Shown: piece after piece, positions 1-9,877 of the stretch
How the letters are laid out: each line of letters opens with the position of its first letter
Numbering within the stretch: the stretch's first letter is position 1
Assembly: GCA_031409655.1 (NCBI GenBank)
Contig: JANNXQ010000099.1
Span: forward strand, 61,257-125,256
Length of the DNA: 64,000 bases
Reading direction: 5' to 3'
From: Chthoniobacteraceae bacterium
GTDB taxonomy: Bacteria; Verrucomicrobiota; Verrucomicrobiia; Chthoniobacterales; Chthoniobacteraceae
The notes under the pieces: model-generated
Database searches by the model: none
Told to the model about the DNA's origin: nothing
The model's input: the letters and a program-made list of their open reading frames with translations, nothing else
Position numbers and translations under genes: made by a program

Positions 1-1
1 C

Positions 2-574
2 ACGCTCCAGCGCATCCGGCGCGGGCCGGAAGTGCGCATCATCGAGTTTGCAAAAAACACCGGCCAGAGCGCCGCGATGTACGCCGGCGTCAATGCCGCG
101 CGCGGCGCGAAAATCGTGCTCCTCGACGGCGACCGCCAAAACGATCCGGCCGATATTCCCCGCATGATCGCCAAGCTCGACGAAGGCTACGACCTCGTCT
201 GCGGCTGGCGCGCCAAGCGGCAGGACAGTTGGTCAAAGAAACTCACGAGCCGCTTCGCGAACTTCGTCCGCAGCCGTTTCACCCGCGACGGCGTCCACGA
301 CACCGGCTGCACCTTGAAAGTCATGCGGCGCGAATGCCGCGAAGCGCTCGTCCCTTTTTACGGCATGCACCGCTTCATCCCCGCGCTCATCAAAGGCCTG
401 GGCTACCGCATCACCGAGCTGCCCGTTCATCACCGCCCCCGCGTCGCCGGCGTCAGCAAATACGGCTTCGGCAACCGCGCGCTCAAAGCCACCATGGACA
501 TGTTTGCCGTCCGCTGGCTGCTCGGCCGCCAGCTCCAGATCCGGATCAAAGGCGAACTCAACGGCACTCCCTGA
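2..574 (+). CDS. Glycosyltransferase family 2 (polyprenol-phosphate glycosyltransferase, DPM1/ArnC-like), 5'-truncated by the window edge
   Basis: NTGQSAA, LDGDRQNDP (DxD), DLVCGWR, DTGCTLK, HRFIP and PRVAGVSKY motifs; the frame is open back to position 2. Confidence 0.88.
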   Translation, partial: TLQRIRRGPEVRIIEFAKNTGQSAAMYAGVNAARGAKIVLLDGDRQNDPADIPRMIAKLDEGYDLVCGWRAKRQDSWSKKLTSRFANFVRSRFTRDGVHDTGCTLKVMRRECREALVPFYGMHRFIPALIKGLGYRITELPVHHRPRVAGVSKYGFGNRALKATMDMFAVRWLLGRQLQIRIKGELNGTP

Positions 575-602
575 GCCCCGCCGATCTCGTGGGCTGCTGA
601 CC

Positions 603-1724
603 ATGAAATCTCTTCGCGACTTCGCTCTCCTCATTGCCCTGCTCGGCTTGGGCGTGTTCTTCACCGTGCAGGTGCCGGACTTCCTCAGTGCGCGGAATCT
701 CTCCCTCCTGATGATCGACTTCGCGATCACTGCGACGCTCGCCGTTGGCATGTTACTCGTGATCCTGCCGGGGCACATCGATCTCAGTGCGGGGAGCGGG
801 GTCGGGCTCATTGGCGGCCTCACCGCGGTGCTGGTCAGCAATCATCAGTGGCCTGCCCCATGGGCGATGCTCGTGGGTCTGCTCGTCGCGGTGGCGCTCT
901 GGTTCACGATGGGCACGCTCATCGTGCGCGAGCGGATCCCGGCTTTCATCATCACCCTTGGTGGGCTGCTCGTTTTCAAAGGGCTCTTCTGGCTCGTCAT
1001 CCAGAGCCACACGGTGCCCATCGTGGTCGGTGGCGGCTCGAATCTTTACTCGCAACTCACCACTTACTACCTGCCGCGTCCCATGGGTTACGCGCTTGCG
1101 GCGGTGGTGGTCGCCGGGCTTGCTTTCGTGCATCTCCGCAGCCGCGCGGCGCGACTGGCGCACGGCTTCGGCGCGGAGGATCGCGAGGCGGAATTCCTCA
1201 AGCTCTTCATCGCCGCGCAGATCGTTTTCCTCTTCGTCATCGTCACGAATCAATTTCGCGGCGTGCCGCTCCCGGCGCTGATCCTCGGTGCCGTGGCCCT
1301 CGGCGTTTGGGTGCTCACCCAGCACACGCCGTGGGGCCGCTACCTTTACGCCATCGGCGGAAACGAAGAAGCCTCCGTGATCAGCGGCATCCCCGTGGCC
1401 CGCGTCACGGTGGGCGCTTTCACCCTCATGGGCGTCATCGTCGCCATCACCGGACTCATGCAGACGGCCTACGGCGGCGCGAGCACCACGACGGTCGGCG
1501 ATCTCATGGAACTCGACGCCGTCGCCGCGTGCGTAATCGGCGGCACATCGTTAAAAGGCGGACGCGGCACGGTGCTGGGCGTGCTCTTCGGCGCCCTCAT
1601 TATGGCGTGTCTGATCAATGGCATGACGCTCATGGCGGTGAAGCCCGAGGCGAAATTCATCGCCCGCGGCCTCGTGCTCATCGGCGCCGTCTGGATGGAC
1701 GTGCGAATGGCGCGCGGGAAGTAG
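603..1724 (+). CDS. Monosaccharide ABC transporter permease (XylH/GguB-like)
   Basis: HIDLSAGS, IPAFIITLG, GRYLYAIGGNEEA and ELDAVAACVIGGTSLKGG motifs; multi-TM; ATG at 603. Confidence 0.9.
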   Translation: MKSLRDFALLIALLGLGVFFTVQVPDFLSARNLSLLMIDFAITATLAVGMLLVILPGHIDLSAGSGVGLIGGLTAVLVSNHQWPAPWAMLVGLLVAVALWFTMGTLIVRERIPAFIITLGGLLVFKGLFWLVIQSHTVPIVVGGGSNLYSQLTTYYLPRPMGYALAAVVVAGLAFVHLRSRAARLAHGFGAEDREAEFLKLFIAAQIVFLFVIVTNQFRGVPLPALILGAVALGVWVLTQHTPWGRYLYAIGGNEEASVISGIPVARVTVGAFTLMGVIVAITGLMQTAYGGASTTTVGDLMELDAVAACVIGGTSLKGGRGTVLGVLFGALIMACLINGMTLMAVKPEAKFIARGLVLIGAVWMDVRMARGK

Positions 1725-1856
1725 CCCGGGAGCGCCGCCGTCCCGTGCGGCATCGTTCCAGGCGCGCGCAGCGCCACATTTCGTCGTTGGTATTTGCGAA
1801 TAGGCGCTGCGCGCGCCATGCACGATGCCGCACGGGACGGCGGCGCTCCCGGCTAC
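1721..1856. repeat. REPIN-like palindromic element, family A
   Basis: Perfect 31-bp inverted arms (1726-1756 / 1822-1852) and perfect inner 15-bp arms (1761-1775 / 1803-1817), bounded by GTAG...CTAC; related copies at 38240 and 55099. Confidence 0.9.
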
Positions 1857-3232
1857 AGTACCGTCCCGCGCAGGATGGCGGAGGCGGCGGTGAAGTAGAT
1901 GATCAGGCCAGTGACATCGACCAGCGTGGCGACGAAGGGCGCCGAGGAGGTGGCCGGGTCGATCCCGCAGCGGCGTAGGAAGAGCGGGAGCATCGCACCG
2001 GAGATCGTGCCCCAGAGCACCACCCCCATGACCGCGGCCGACACGGTGAAGGCGATCAAGAGGTAGTGTGGTCCGTAGGCTTCCGAAAAACGCGACCAGA
2101 CGATGATCCGCAAGAAGCCGATCCCCGCGAGCAGTGCGCCGAGGAGCAGCCCGGAGGCGATCTCGCGCTTCATCACCCGCCACCAGTCGCCGATCTTGAT
2201 CTCGCCGAGCGACAGCGCGCGGATGATGAGCGTCGAGGCCTGCGAGCCCGAGTTGCCGCCGCTGGAGATGATCAGCGGGATGAAAAGTGCGAGGACCAGC
2301 GCGCTCGCCAGTTCATGCTCAAAGACGCCCATCACCGTCGCCGTGAGCATCTGCCCGAGGAAAAGCACGACGAGCCACACCGCCCGCTTGCGCACGAGTT
2401 CAAAGAGCGGCGCGTCCATGTAGGGCTCCTCCAGCGCTTCCACGCCGCCGAGCTTCTGGATGTCTTCCGTCGCCGCCTGCTCCTGCACATCGAGGATGTC
2501 GTCCACCGTCACGATGCCGAGCAGTCGGTGCTCGCTGTCCGTCACCGGGAGCGTATTGCGGTCATATTTTCGAAAAGCTTCGATCGCTGCCTCCTCGGGG
2601 TCCGTGGCCTTCAGCGCGATGAAGTGCGAGTCATGGATGTCGCGCACGCGAGTCTCCACGGAATGGAGGAGGAATTCGCGGATGCGCACGTCGTCGATCA
2701 GCCGTCCGTGCTCGTCGGTCACGTAGATCACATTCAGCGTCTCGGAGTCGCGACCGTGGGCGCGGATATGATCGAGCACCTGCTGGATGCTCCAGTCTGC
2801 GCGCACGCTCATGAAGTCCGGCGTCATCAGGCGGCCCACGCTGCTCTCCGGGTAGTTGAGCAGCGTCTGCGCGATTGCTTTTTCCTCCGGCGAGAGGAGC
2901 TGGATGAGCTGCATCACTGCCGCGCCGGGCAGTTCCTCGAGCAGCGCCGTGCGATCGTCGGGCGACATCTCGTTGAGGATGCGCGCCGCGTCCACCGTGC
3001 CCATCGCCCGGAGCAGGCCCTGCTGGGCGTCGCTGTCGAGATACTCGAAGACCTCCGTGGCCAGCACATGCGGCAGGATGCGGAAGACGACCACCTGCTC
3101 CTCGTGGGCAAAGTCCGTGATGCACTCGGCGATGTCCGCCGGCGACCAATCGGCAAACGCCGCCCGCAGCGCGCTGAAATTGCGCGCTGCGATCAGCTCT
3201 TTGACTTCGGGACCGATGAGATTGCCGAGCAC
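1853..3232 (-). CDS. mgtE: Magnesium transporter MgtE
   Basis: N domain (MSPDDR), CBS pair ([18 protein letters not shown]), TM domain with SGGNSGSQ and [18 protein letters not shown] start at 3232 chosen (VLGNLIGPE). Confidence 0.95.
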   Translation of the reverse strand: MLGNLIGPEVKELIAARNFSALRAAFADWSPADIAECITDFAHEEQVVVFRILPHVLATEVFEYLDSDAQQGLLRAMGTVDAARILNEMSPDDRTALLEELPGAAVMQLIQLLSPEEKAIAQTLLNYPESSVGRLMTPDFMSVRADWSIQQVLDHIRAHGRDSETLNVIYVTDEHGRLIDDVRIREFLLHSVETRVRDIHDSHFIALKATDPEEAAIEAFRKYDRNTLPVTDSEHRLLGIVTVDDILDVQEQAATEDIQKLGGVEALEEPYMDAPLFELVRKRAVWLVVLFLGQMLTATVMGVFEHELASALVLALFIPLIISSGGNSGSQASTLIIRALSLGEIKIGDWWRVMKREIASGLLLGALLAGIGFLRIIVWSRFSEAYGPHYLLIAFTVSAAVMGVVLWGTISGAMLPLFLRRCGIDPATSSAPFVATLVDVTGLIIYFTAASAILRGTVL

Positions 3233-3287
3233 GCAGACTTCTGCGCGCGGCGGCGCGTGGCGTGCAAACAAAAACCTCTCGGCGCGC

Positions 3288-3404
<117 letters not shown>

Positions 3405-3407
3405 CCG

Positions 3408-5135
3408 ATGAGCTACCAGGTCTTTGCCCGCAAATATCGCCCGCAGACGTTTGACGAGATCGTCGGGCAGGAGCACATCGTTCGCACGCTGAAGAACGCC
3501 ATCGAGCAATCGCGGCTGGCGCAGGCCTATCTTTTCGTCGGGCCGCGCGGGACGGGGAAGACCTCGACGGCGCGCATTTTCGCCAAGGCGCTGAACTGCG
3601 TGAACGCCCCGACGGTGAGTCCGTGTGGAGTGTGTGACATGTGCAAGGAGATCGCGGCGGGCAATTCGCTGAACGTCCTCGAGTTCGACGCGGCGTCGAA
3701 CACGCAGGTGGACAAAATCCGCGAGATCATCATCGACACGGTGAAATTCGCGCCGGCCCACGGGAAGTACAAACTCTACATCGTGGACGAGGTCCACATG
3801 CTCTCGACGTCGTCCTTCAATGCGCTGCTCAAGACGCTCGAGGAGCCGCCGGCGCATGTGAAATTCGTCTTCGCGACGACGGATGTGCAGAAGGTGCCGA
3901 CGACGATCATTTCGCGCTGCCAGCGTTTCGATCTCCAGCGGATCGCCACGCCGGCCATCGCGAAGCATCTGCTTTTCATCGCCGGAAAAGAGCAGCTCAC
4001 GCTCTCGCCGGAAGCGGCGGATGCGGTCGCGCGTGGGGCGGAAGGCGGACTGCGCGACGCGGAGTCGATGCTCGATCAGCTCGTCGCCTTTTGCGGGAAC
4101 ACCATCGGTGAGCCAAATGTGCTCGAGGTCTTCGGCTTCACCTCGCAGCACACGGTGTCGCAGCTCAGCGGCCACATCCTCGCTCGCGAAGCCGCGCCGA
4201 CTCTGGCGCTCGTGCATACGCAGGCTGAGGCGGGGAAAGATCTCAGCCGCCTGCTCGGCGATCTCATCACGCACTTCCGCAATCTCCTCGTGGTGAAAGC
4301 GGACCCGGGCGCGCTTAGTGATGAGTTCAGCGCGGAGGCGGTCGCCGATCTCACGGTGCAGGCAGAGAGCGTGCCGATGGAGAAAATCCTGAACCTCATC
4401 GAGCAGTTCGCCGCCGCGGAGAGCCGGATGAAATGGGCGGCGAACAAGAAGATGCACTTTGAAGTCGCGGTGATCCGCGCGATCCAGACGCTCGGGCAGG
4501 CCACACTCGATGAAGTGCTCGATACGCTCACGGCGTTGCGGGGTGGGGGCGCGCCGCCGGTCCGGGAAGTGAAGGCGCCTGCGCCCAAGGTTGCGGTCGC
4601 GGCGCCGGCAGCCGCCCTGCCGCGCAGTCTGGCGGCTGCGGTGGCGAGCGCGATCGTGGCTCCAGCCAAGCCAGCTCCTGCTCCCGTGGTCGCCGCGCCA
4701 GCACCGGTCGTCCGCGAAGAACCCGTGCCGTCAAAACCTACTCCTGCTGCGGCTCTCCCCGCGGATCTGTGGCCGCAAGCGGTTGCGCGGATTCGCAAGG
4801 AGCGCCGGCTGCTCCTCTCCTGGGTGCAGAGTGGCATGCTGGAGGGCATCGAAGGCGACGTGGCCACGCTCGCCTTCCCTCCGGCGTCGGATCTCGCGAA
4901 GGAAGCGTGCGAGAATCCCAAGCAGCGCGTCTTTCTCGAAGCGCTCCTTTCCGAGCTCGCCGGACGCAAGTTGTCGGTTCGTTGCGTGAAACGCGAAGGG
5001 CTAGTAGTGGAGCCGGTGCAGCTCCCCGAGGAACCGAAGCCGGTGGCGAAAGACCCGATGGCCGAGTTCAAAGATGATTCATTGATCCGCCGCGCACTGG
5101 AGATCTTCGGCGCAGAGGTGGCGCAGAATCGTTGA
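3408..5135 (+). CDS. dnaX: DNA polymerase III subunit gamma/tau
   Basis: ARKYRPQTF, Walker A GPRGTGKTS, Cys zinc module, DEVHML, NALLKTLEEPP, SRC; Pro/Ala linker and C-terminal domain. Confidence 0.97.
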   Translation: MSYQVFARKYRPQTFDEIVGQEHIVRTLKNAIEQSRLAQAYLFVGPRGTGKTSTARIFAKALNCVNAPTVSPCGVCDMCKEIAAGNSLNVLEFDAASNTQVDKIREIIIDTVKFAPAHGKYKLYIVDEVHMLSTSSFNALLKTLEEPPAHVKFVFATTDVQKVPTTIISRCQRFDLQRIATPAIAKHLLFIAGKEQLTLSPEAADAVARGAEGGLRDAESMLDQLVAFCGNTIGEPNVLEVFGFTSQHTVSQLSGHILAREAAPTLALVHTQAEAGKDLSRLLGDLITHFRNLLVVKADPGALSDEFSAEAVADLTVQAESVPMEKILNLIEQFAAAESRMKWAANKKMHFEVAVIRAIQTLGQATLDEVLDTLTALRGGGAPPVREVKAPAPKVAVAAPAAALPRSLAAAVASAIVAPAKPAPAPVVAAPAPVVREEPVPSKPTPAAALPADLWPQAVARIRKERRLLLSWVQSGMLEGIEGDVATLAFPPASDLAKEACENPKQRVFLEALLSELAGRKLSVRCVKREGLVVEPVQLPEEPKPVAKDPMAEFKDDSLIRRALEIFGAEVAQNR

Positions 5136-5360
5136 TCGTTGAGAGCCGAGCGAAGCGAGACAGCCAATCCATCTTTTTCCGTTCTTTGAAATCGGCAATT
5201 GAGAGTTGAGCGCCGCGCGGAATACTTTCCGAGCGCCGCCTTGAACCACGGCTTCTTTTCTTCCGAACACTCGTCGCCCGATCTCCCAAAACATCCACTC
5301 CCGCGCTTGCGGCTCTCAACTCTCAACTCCCAACTCCCAACTCCCAACTACCCACTTCCC
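5131..5360. repeat. Heptamer-repeat element (GTTGAG-type units ... CTCAACT/CCCAACT units) with a long spacer
   Basis: GTTGA(G) units at 5131-5145 and 5199-5210; CTCAACT/CCCAACT tandem at about 5313-5360, directly before the ATG at 5361. Confidence 0.75.
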
Positions 5361-5672
5361 ATGAACCTTAAAAAAATGATGCAGCAGGCGACGAAGATGC
5401 AGGAACAAATGCAGGCGACGCAGGCCGAACTCGCGGAGAAACTCGTGACCGCGACGGCCGGCGGCGGCAAGGTGACGGTGACCGCGAATGGCGCGGGGGA
5501 CGTGGTTTCGATCAAGATCGATCCGAGCGTCGTGGATGCCGCCGATGTGGAAATGCTCGAGGACTTGATCCTGAGCGGCGTGCAAAAGGCGATCGAGGAA
5601 GGCAAGGCGATGGCCCAGGCGGAGATGGGCAAGCTCACTGCCGGGATGGGCTTGCCGCCCGGGATGCTTTAG
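5361..5672 (+). CDS. ybaB: YbaB/EbfC family nucleoid-associated protein
   Basis: MMQQATKMQ, AGGGKVTVTANG, DVEMLEDLI; canonical position after dnaX. Confidence 0.95.
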   Translation: MNLKKMMQQATKMQEQMQATQAELAEKLVTATAGGGKVTVTANGAGDVVSIKIDPSVVDAADVEMLEDLILSGVQKAIEEGKAMAQAEMGKLTAGMGLPPGML

Positions 5673-5677
5673 TTTCA

Positions 5678-5856
5678 GGGGAGCATACGCGTCCCGCGTG
5701 TTGGTTTCGGCGTCCCGCCGGAACGGACTTCCCTTGATCGAACGGATAGGACGAATGGCACCGGCGGGATCACAGGCGCGGGCTTGAGTCCGGGAAGCGG
5801 CGAAAGTTCGTTTCGGCGAGACGCCGAAACCAACGGGAGGGACGCCCATGCTCCCC
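5678..5856. repeat. REPIN-like palindromic element, family B
   Basis: Imperfect inverted arms of about 53 bp, GGGGAGCAT...GTTGGTTTCGGCGTC...AAC.GACTT, between convergent ybaB and bioF; second copy at 43194. Confidence 0.85.
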
Positions 5857-5872
5857 GGAAGTTCGCGCTTCG

Positions 5873-7039
5873 TCAGATCACCGTCCGCAGGATCGTGCAG
5901 AGCGCGTCGATCTGCTTTGGCGTGTGCTTGGCGGAGATCGTGACGCGGAGCCGGGCGGCGTCGCGGGCGACGGTGGGAAAGCGGATCGCGGGGACGAAGA
6001 AGCCTTTGTCCGCGAGCATCTGCGACGCAGCCAGCGCGGCCTCGGAGGTGCCGAGGACGATGGGGATGATCGCACTCTGCACTTTCTGTCCCTCGGCAAA
6101 GAGCGGCGGGAGGCAGCTTGCAAAATACGCGAGATGGGCGCGCAAGGTTTGCCGCCGCTTTTCGCCCGCGGGTGACATCAGGAACTCGATCGCCGCCGTG
6201 CCGGCCGCGGCGACGGCGGGACTCGGCGCGGTGCTGTAGATGAAGCTGCGGGCGCGATTGATGAGCAGGTCGATGAGCTTGCGCGATCCGGCGACGTAAC
6301 CGCCGCTCGCGCCGAGCGCCTTGCTGAGGGTGCCCATGTGAATGTCGATGTCCTCCGCGAGCCCGAGTTGATCCGCGAGCCCGCGTCCGTTCTTCCCGAT
6401 GACGCCCACGGCGTGCGCTTCATCGAGCAGGAGCAGGGCGTCGTAGCGTTTCTTGATCTCGACGATGCCGGTGAGCGCCGCCCAGTCGCCGTCCATGCTG
6501 AAGACGGACTCCGTGGCGATGATGACGCGGGCGTCGGGGAAATTTTCCTGCGCCCACTGGATGTGGCTCTCGAGTTTGCCGAGATGATTGTGCGGAAAGA
6601 CGCGGACATGCGCGCCGCTCAGTCGCGCGCCGTCGATCAGACAGGCGTGGCAGAGCTTGTCGAGAATGACGACGTCGTCCTTGCCGCAAAGCGCGCCGAG
6701 CGTGCCGAGCGCGGCGGCGTATCCGCTGGAGAAGACCAGCGCCGCCTCGGTCTGCTTGAATTCCGCGAGCCGCTCCTCGAGCCGCACATGCGGAGTGAGC
6801 GTGCCGCAGATCAGCCGCGAAGCTCCCGCGCCCACGCCGTATTGGTCGATGGCCGCCTTCGCGGCTTCGCGCAGCGCGGGCTCGGTGGCGAGGCCGAGAT
6901 AGTCGTTGGAGGAAAAGTTGAGGAGCTTCTTGCCGGCGAATTCCATCGCGGGCTGCTGCGGCGATTCGAGTTCGCGCAGCTTGCGGAGCAGCGAGCGAGC
7001 GCGCAGTTCGGCGAGTTCGGAGGAGAAGCTGCGAGGCAT
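5873..7039 (-). CDS. bioF: 8-amino-7-oxononanoate synthase
   Basis: NFSSNDYLGL, GAGASRLI, FSSGY, ESVFSMDGD, DEAHA, GTLSKALG (PLP Lys), AIRFPTV, RLRVT. Confidence 0.9.
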   Translation of the reverse strand: MPRSFSSELAELRARSLLRKLRELESPQQPAMEFAGKKLLNFSSNDYLGLATEPALREAAKAAIDQYGVGAGASRLICGTLTPHVRLEERLAEFKQTEAALVFSSGYAAALGTLGALCGKDDVVILDKLCHACLIDGARLSGAHVRVFPHNHLGKLESHIQWAQENFPDARVIIATESVFSMDGDWAALTGIVEIKKRYDALLLLDEAHAVGVIGKNGRGLADQLGLAEDIDIHMGTLSKALGASGGYVAGSRKLIDLLINRARSFIYSTAPSPAVAAAGTAAIEFLMSPAGEKRRQTLRAHLAYFASCLPPLFAEGQKVQSAIIPIVLGTSEAALAASQMLADKGFFVPAIRFPTVARDAARLRVTISAKHTPKQIDALCTILRTVI

Positions 7040-7060
7040 GCGAGGAGGGATGATGGAGAT

Positions 7061-7143
7061 AACGCCAAACTTCAAACTTCAAACGCCAAACACCAAACGG
7101 TCGAGTCCCCGCCGACCGACGCGCTCGTTTAAAGTTTGGCGTT
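7061..7143. repeat. Hairpin of tandem heptamers (AAACGCC/AAACTTC/AAACACC ... GTTT units)
   Basis: AAAC-NNC units at 7061-7098 with a shorter complementary arm at about 7127-7143; same family at 13644 and 53448. Confidence 0.8.
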
Positions 7144-7157
7144 CTCTCCGTCCGCCC

Positions 7158-8066
7158 TCAGTTCGCCCCCGAACCCGCCAGCCCCCACGCCAGCATCTTA
7201 TACGAATCATCCCAGACCTGCTTGTCATTGAAGATCAGCGAGATCATGTGCCGCCCACCGTAAGTCGCGCTCGAGATGAGACAGTGCCCAGCCGCATTCG
7301 TGTAGCCAGTCTTCATCCCATTGCAGAGCGGCCAGCGCTGCAGGACTTTGTTGGTCGTGGTGAAAGTGCGGACGCGGCCGTCATTGTAGCGCCAGGTGAT
7401 ATCGCGATCACTGATCATCTTGCGCAGCGTGGAATTGCGATAGACCGCGAGGGCGACCCGGGCCATGTCGCGGGGGGTGGAGTACTGCCCGGGGGCCGGG
7501 AGCCCGTTCGGATTGACGAAGTGCGAGTTGCGCATCCCGAGCTGCTGGGCCTTGGCGTTCATCTTGTCGGCAAATGCCGCGATGCTTCCGGCGTTGTCGC
7601 GTGCCAGGCAGAGCGCCACGTCGTTCATGCTCTTCACGAGGAGGATATTGAGGAGATCGTAGCGGCGGTAGGTCTCTCCGGCTTTCAGGTAGAGCTTCGT
7701 CGGCTCCGCTTTCGTGTCGCTCACCTGGACGGTGGCGCGGCGATTGAGGTCACCTTCCTCCGCGATGATGAGCGCGGTCAGCAGCTTCTGCGTGCTCGCG
7801 ACCGGGCGCGGGTCGTCGGGATTGTGCGAGAAGAGGATCTGCCCGGTGGCGGCATCGACGAGCAGCGCCGCGCCAGCGTCGAGGATGGGCAGCTCACCAC
7901 CTTCCGGCTCGGCAGGATAGGCCCGGATCGGGGCCGGTTTCTTTTCAAAAAACGTGGTGTCGTTCTTTTTCTTGGTGCTGGGCTTTTTCGGCGCGGCCGC
8001 TCCGGAAAGCGGGAGGGCGAAGACGAGCACGGTGCTGAGGAGCAGGGAAAAGAGGCGGCGCGACAT
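7158..8066 (-). CDS. D-alanyl-D-alanine carboxypeptidase (peptidase S11, DacA/DacB-like)
   Basis: Signal peptide; SxxK (ASTQK), SxN (SMN), KTG; FVNPNGL. Confidence 0.92.
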   Translation of the reverse strand: MSRRLFSLLLSTVLVFALPLSGAAAPKKPSTKKKNDTTFFEKKPAPIRAYPAEPEGGELPILDAGAALLVDAATGQILFSHNPDDPRPVASTQKLLTALIIAEEGDLNRRATVQVSDTKAEPTKLYLKAGETYRRYDLLNILLVKSMNDVALCLARDNAGSIAAFADKMNAKAQQLGMRNSHFVNPNGLPAPGQYSTPRDMARVALAVYRNSTLRKMISDRDITWRYNDGRVRTFTTTNKVLQRWPLCNGMKTGYTNAAGHCLISSATYGGRHMISLIFNDKQVWDDSYKMLAWGLAGSGAN

Positions 8067-8131
8067 GGGCGGCGTAAGTAAGCGAAGGTCTCAGCAGATG
8101 GCAAGCCCATGGGGCCGCCGAAAGACCGGCG

Positions 8132-8803
8132 TTACTTTTCAAGTCGCTTCTCCACCTCCGGATCGGACGCGCCGCCGAGGTTCAGGGATTTCTCGTAGTG
8201 CCGCCGCGCGAGTTCCACGGCGGGCGGGGTGCGCTGGAGGTAGAAGACCGCGAGATTGTAGTGCGCCTCTTCGTAGCCGGGGTCGAGCGCGATGGCTTTC
8301 CGCAACTCGTCCTCGGCGCCGGAGTACCAGCCTTTTTTCCCGATTGTCACGCCGAGATAATGGTGGGCGCGCGCGTCCTTCGGGGCGTAGAGGACCGCCT
8401 GGGCAAGCGCGGCGAGCGCGGCGTCCAGCTTGTCCTGATCGTAGGCCACCATGCCGAGGAGCAGCCATGGGAGACCGTTCTCGGGTTCCGCGCGGGCGAC
8501 CTTCTTGAGCAATGCTTCCGCCTTGGCGTAGTCCTTCTCGCGGTAGGCGATCAGGCCGAGGTTGATGGTCGTCGGTACATTGCCCGGGACAAAGTTGAGA
8601 ACCTTCCCAAACTCCCGTTTCGCGGTCTCGAGATCGCCGCTGGTCATCGCGTCGAGCGCGGTCCTGGCGTAAGCCTGCGCGACGCGCGGAGCTGTCTTTT
8701 CCAGCGGCTGAGACGGGGTCCGCGAGCTCTTGCTCGTCTGGGCGAGGAGGGCGGTGTCCAGCGTCCAGAGCGCGACGACCGTCAGGAGCAGCGCGCGCGT
8801 CAT
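8132..8803 (-). CDS. Exported tetratricopeptide-repeat protein
   Basis: Signal-like N-terminus; several TPR helical repeats (NLGLIAY, AHHYLG, AHYNLA); start overlaps the proC stop. Confidence 0.85.
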   Translation of the reverse strand: MTRALLLTVVALWTLDTALLAQTSKSSRTPSQPLEKTAPRVAQAYARTALDAMTSGDLETAKREFGKVLNFVPGNVPTTINLGLIAYREKDYAKAEALLKKVARAEPENGLPWLLLGMVAYDQDKLDAALAALAQAVLYAPKDARAHHYLGVTIGKKGWYSGAEDELRKAIALDPGYEEAHYNLAVFYLQRTPPAVELARRHYEKSLNLGGASDPEVEKRLEK

Positions 8804-9603
8804 TTTTCGGCAGCCAGCTCGCGCGCCCGGGCCGTCGCGGCGCGCACGGCTTGGAGGAAAGTGGACCGCAGCGCGCCGGCCTCGAGCGCTTCGAGGCCCG
8901 CGATGGTGGTGCCGCCGGGGCTGGTCACTTCGTCTTTCAGCGCAGCGGGGTGGCGGCCAGTCTGCAGGACCATCTGCGCCGAGCCGGCCACGGTCTGCGC
9001 CGCGAGCTTCAGGGCGAGATCGCGCGGGAGGCCGAGGAGCACGCCAGCGTCGGAGAGCGCCTCGATCACCATATAGATGTATGCGGGCCCGCTCCCACTG
9101 AGGCCGGTGACCACGTCGAGCAGTGGCTCCTTCACCTTCACGGCGATCCCGACGGCGCCGAAGATTTTCTCCGTCGTCGCGGCATCGGCGACAGTCGTCC
9201 CCGCGCCGAGGGAATACGCTGCGGCGCCCTGGTGGATGAGGGCAGGCGTGTTGGGCATCACGCGCACGATCCGGGCCTTCGCGCCGGCGGCTTCCTGCAA
9301 AGTCGAAATGGGCAGGCCGGCGACGATCGAAATGATGAGCTTGCCCTCCAAGTCTGCCCGCAACGCGCGCAGGGCCTCCAGCGCATCCCCTGGTTTCACG
9401 CAGAGGACGAGGACATCGGACGCTGCGGCGAGTTCGGCATTGGAGTCCGCGGCGTTGACGCCGGCCGTTTCGGCAAGCTGCGCCGAGACGGTGGCGAGGC
9501 AGTCTGTCACCCGAATCTCGGACTTGGAGAAGGCCCCAGATTTCACCACGCCGTGGACGAGTGCGGTGGACATTTTACCGGAGCCGATGAAGCCGAGAGT
9601 CAT
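8800..9603 (-). CDS. proC: Pyrroline-5-carboxylate reductase
   Basis: GFIGSGKM, LCVKP, RVMPNTP, TGLSGSGPAY, VTSPGGTT; ATG at 9603 (the longer ORF runs into a repeat). Confidence 0.96.
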   Translation of the reverse strand: MTLGFIGSGKMSTALVHGVVKSGAFSKSEIRVTDCLATVSAQLAETAGVNAADSNAELAAASDVLVLCVKPGDALEALRALRADLEGKLIISIVAGLPISTLQEAAGAKARIVRVMPNTPALIHQGAAAYSLGAGTTVADAATTEKIFGAVGIAVKVKEPLLDVVTGLSGSGPAYIYMVIEALSDAGVLLGLPRDLALKLAAQTVAGSAQMVLQTGRHPAALKDEVTSPGGTTIAGLEALEAGALRSTFLQAVRAATARARELAAEK

Positions 9604-9670
9604 GCGGCGATTACTGATCCGCCCGTGCGGGCATGGGAAGCGGAAAGATGCCGGCCCGGCAAGGCTGGGT

Positions 9671-9761
<91 letters not shown>

Positions 9762-9831
9762 GCCACGAGCGAACCAGGCACCGCTCGAGAATTCAGAAGC
9801 GGACATCCGCGAGGCTGCCTGCTAAGGCACC

Positions 9832-9858
9832 GGGAATAAACCCGCCGCCTGCACACTC
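9832..9858 (+). promoter_or_regulatory. Possible ECF-type autoregulatory promoter
   Basis: GGGAATAAA-N14-ACTC about 20 nt before the ECF sigma ATG; the GGAA -35 resembles ECF promoters, but the cognate consensus is unknown. Confidence 0.3.
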
Positions 9859-9877
9859 CCAGCCCACTGAAGAGGCC

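Noticed and set aside
3408..5135. Programmed frameshift site in dnaX
   Set aside because: I saw no A6G or long A-run slippery site at the gamma/tau boundary.
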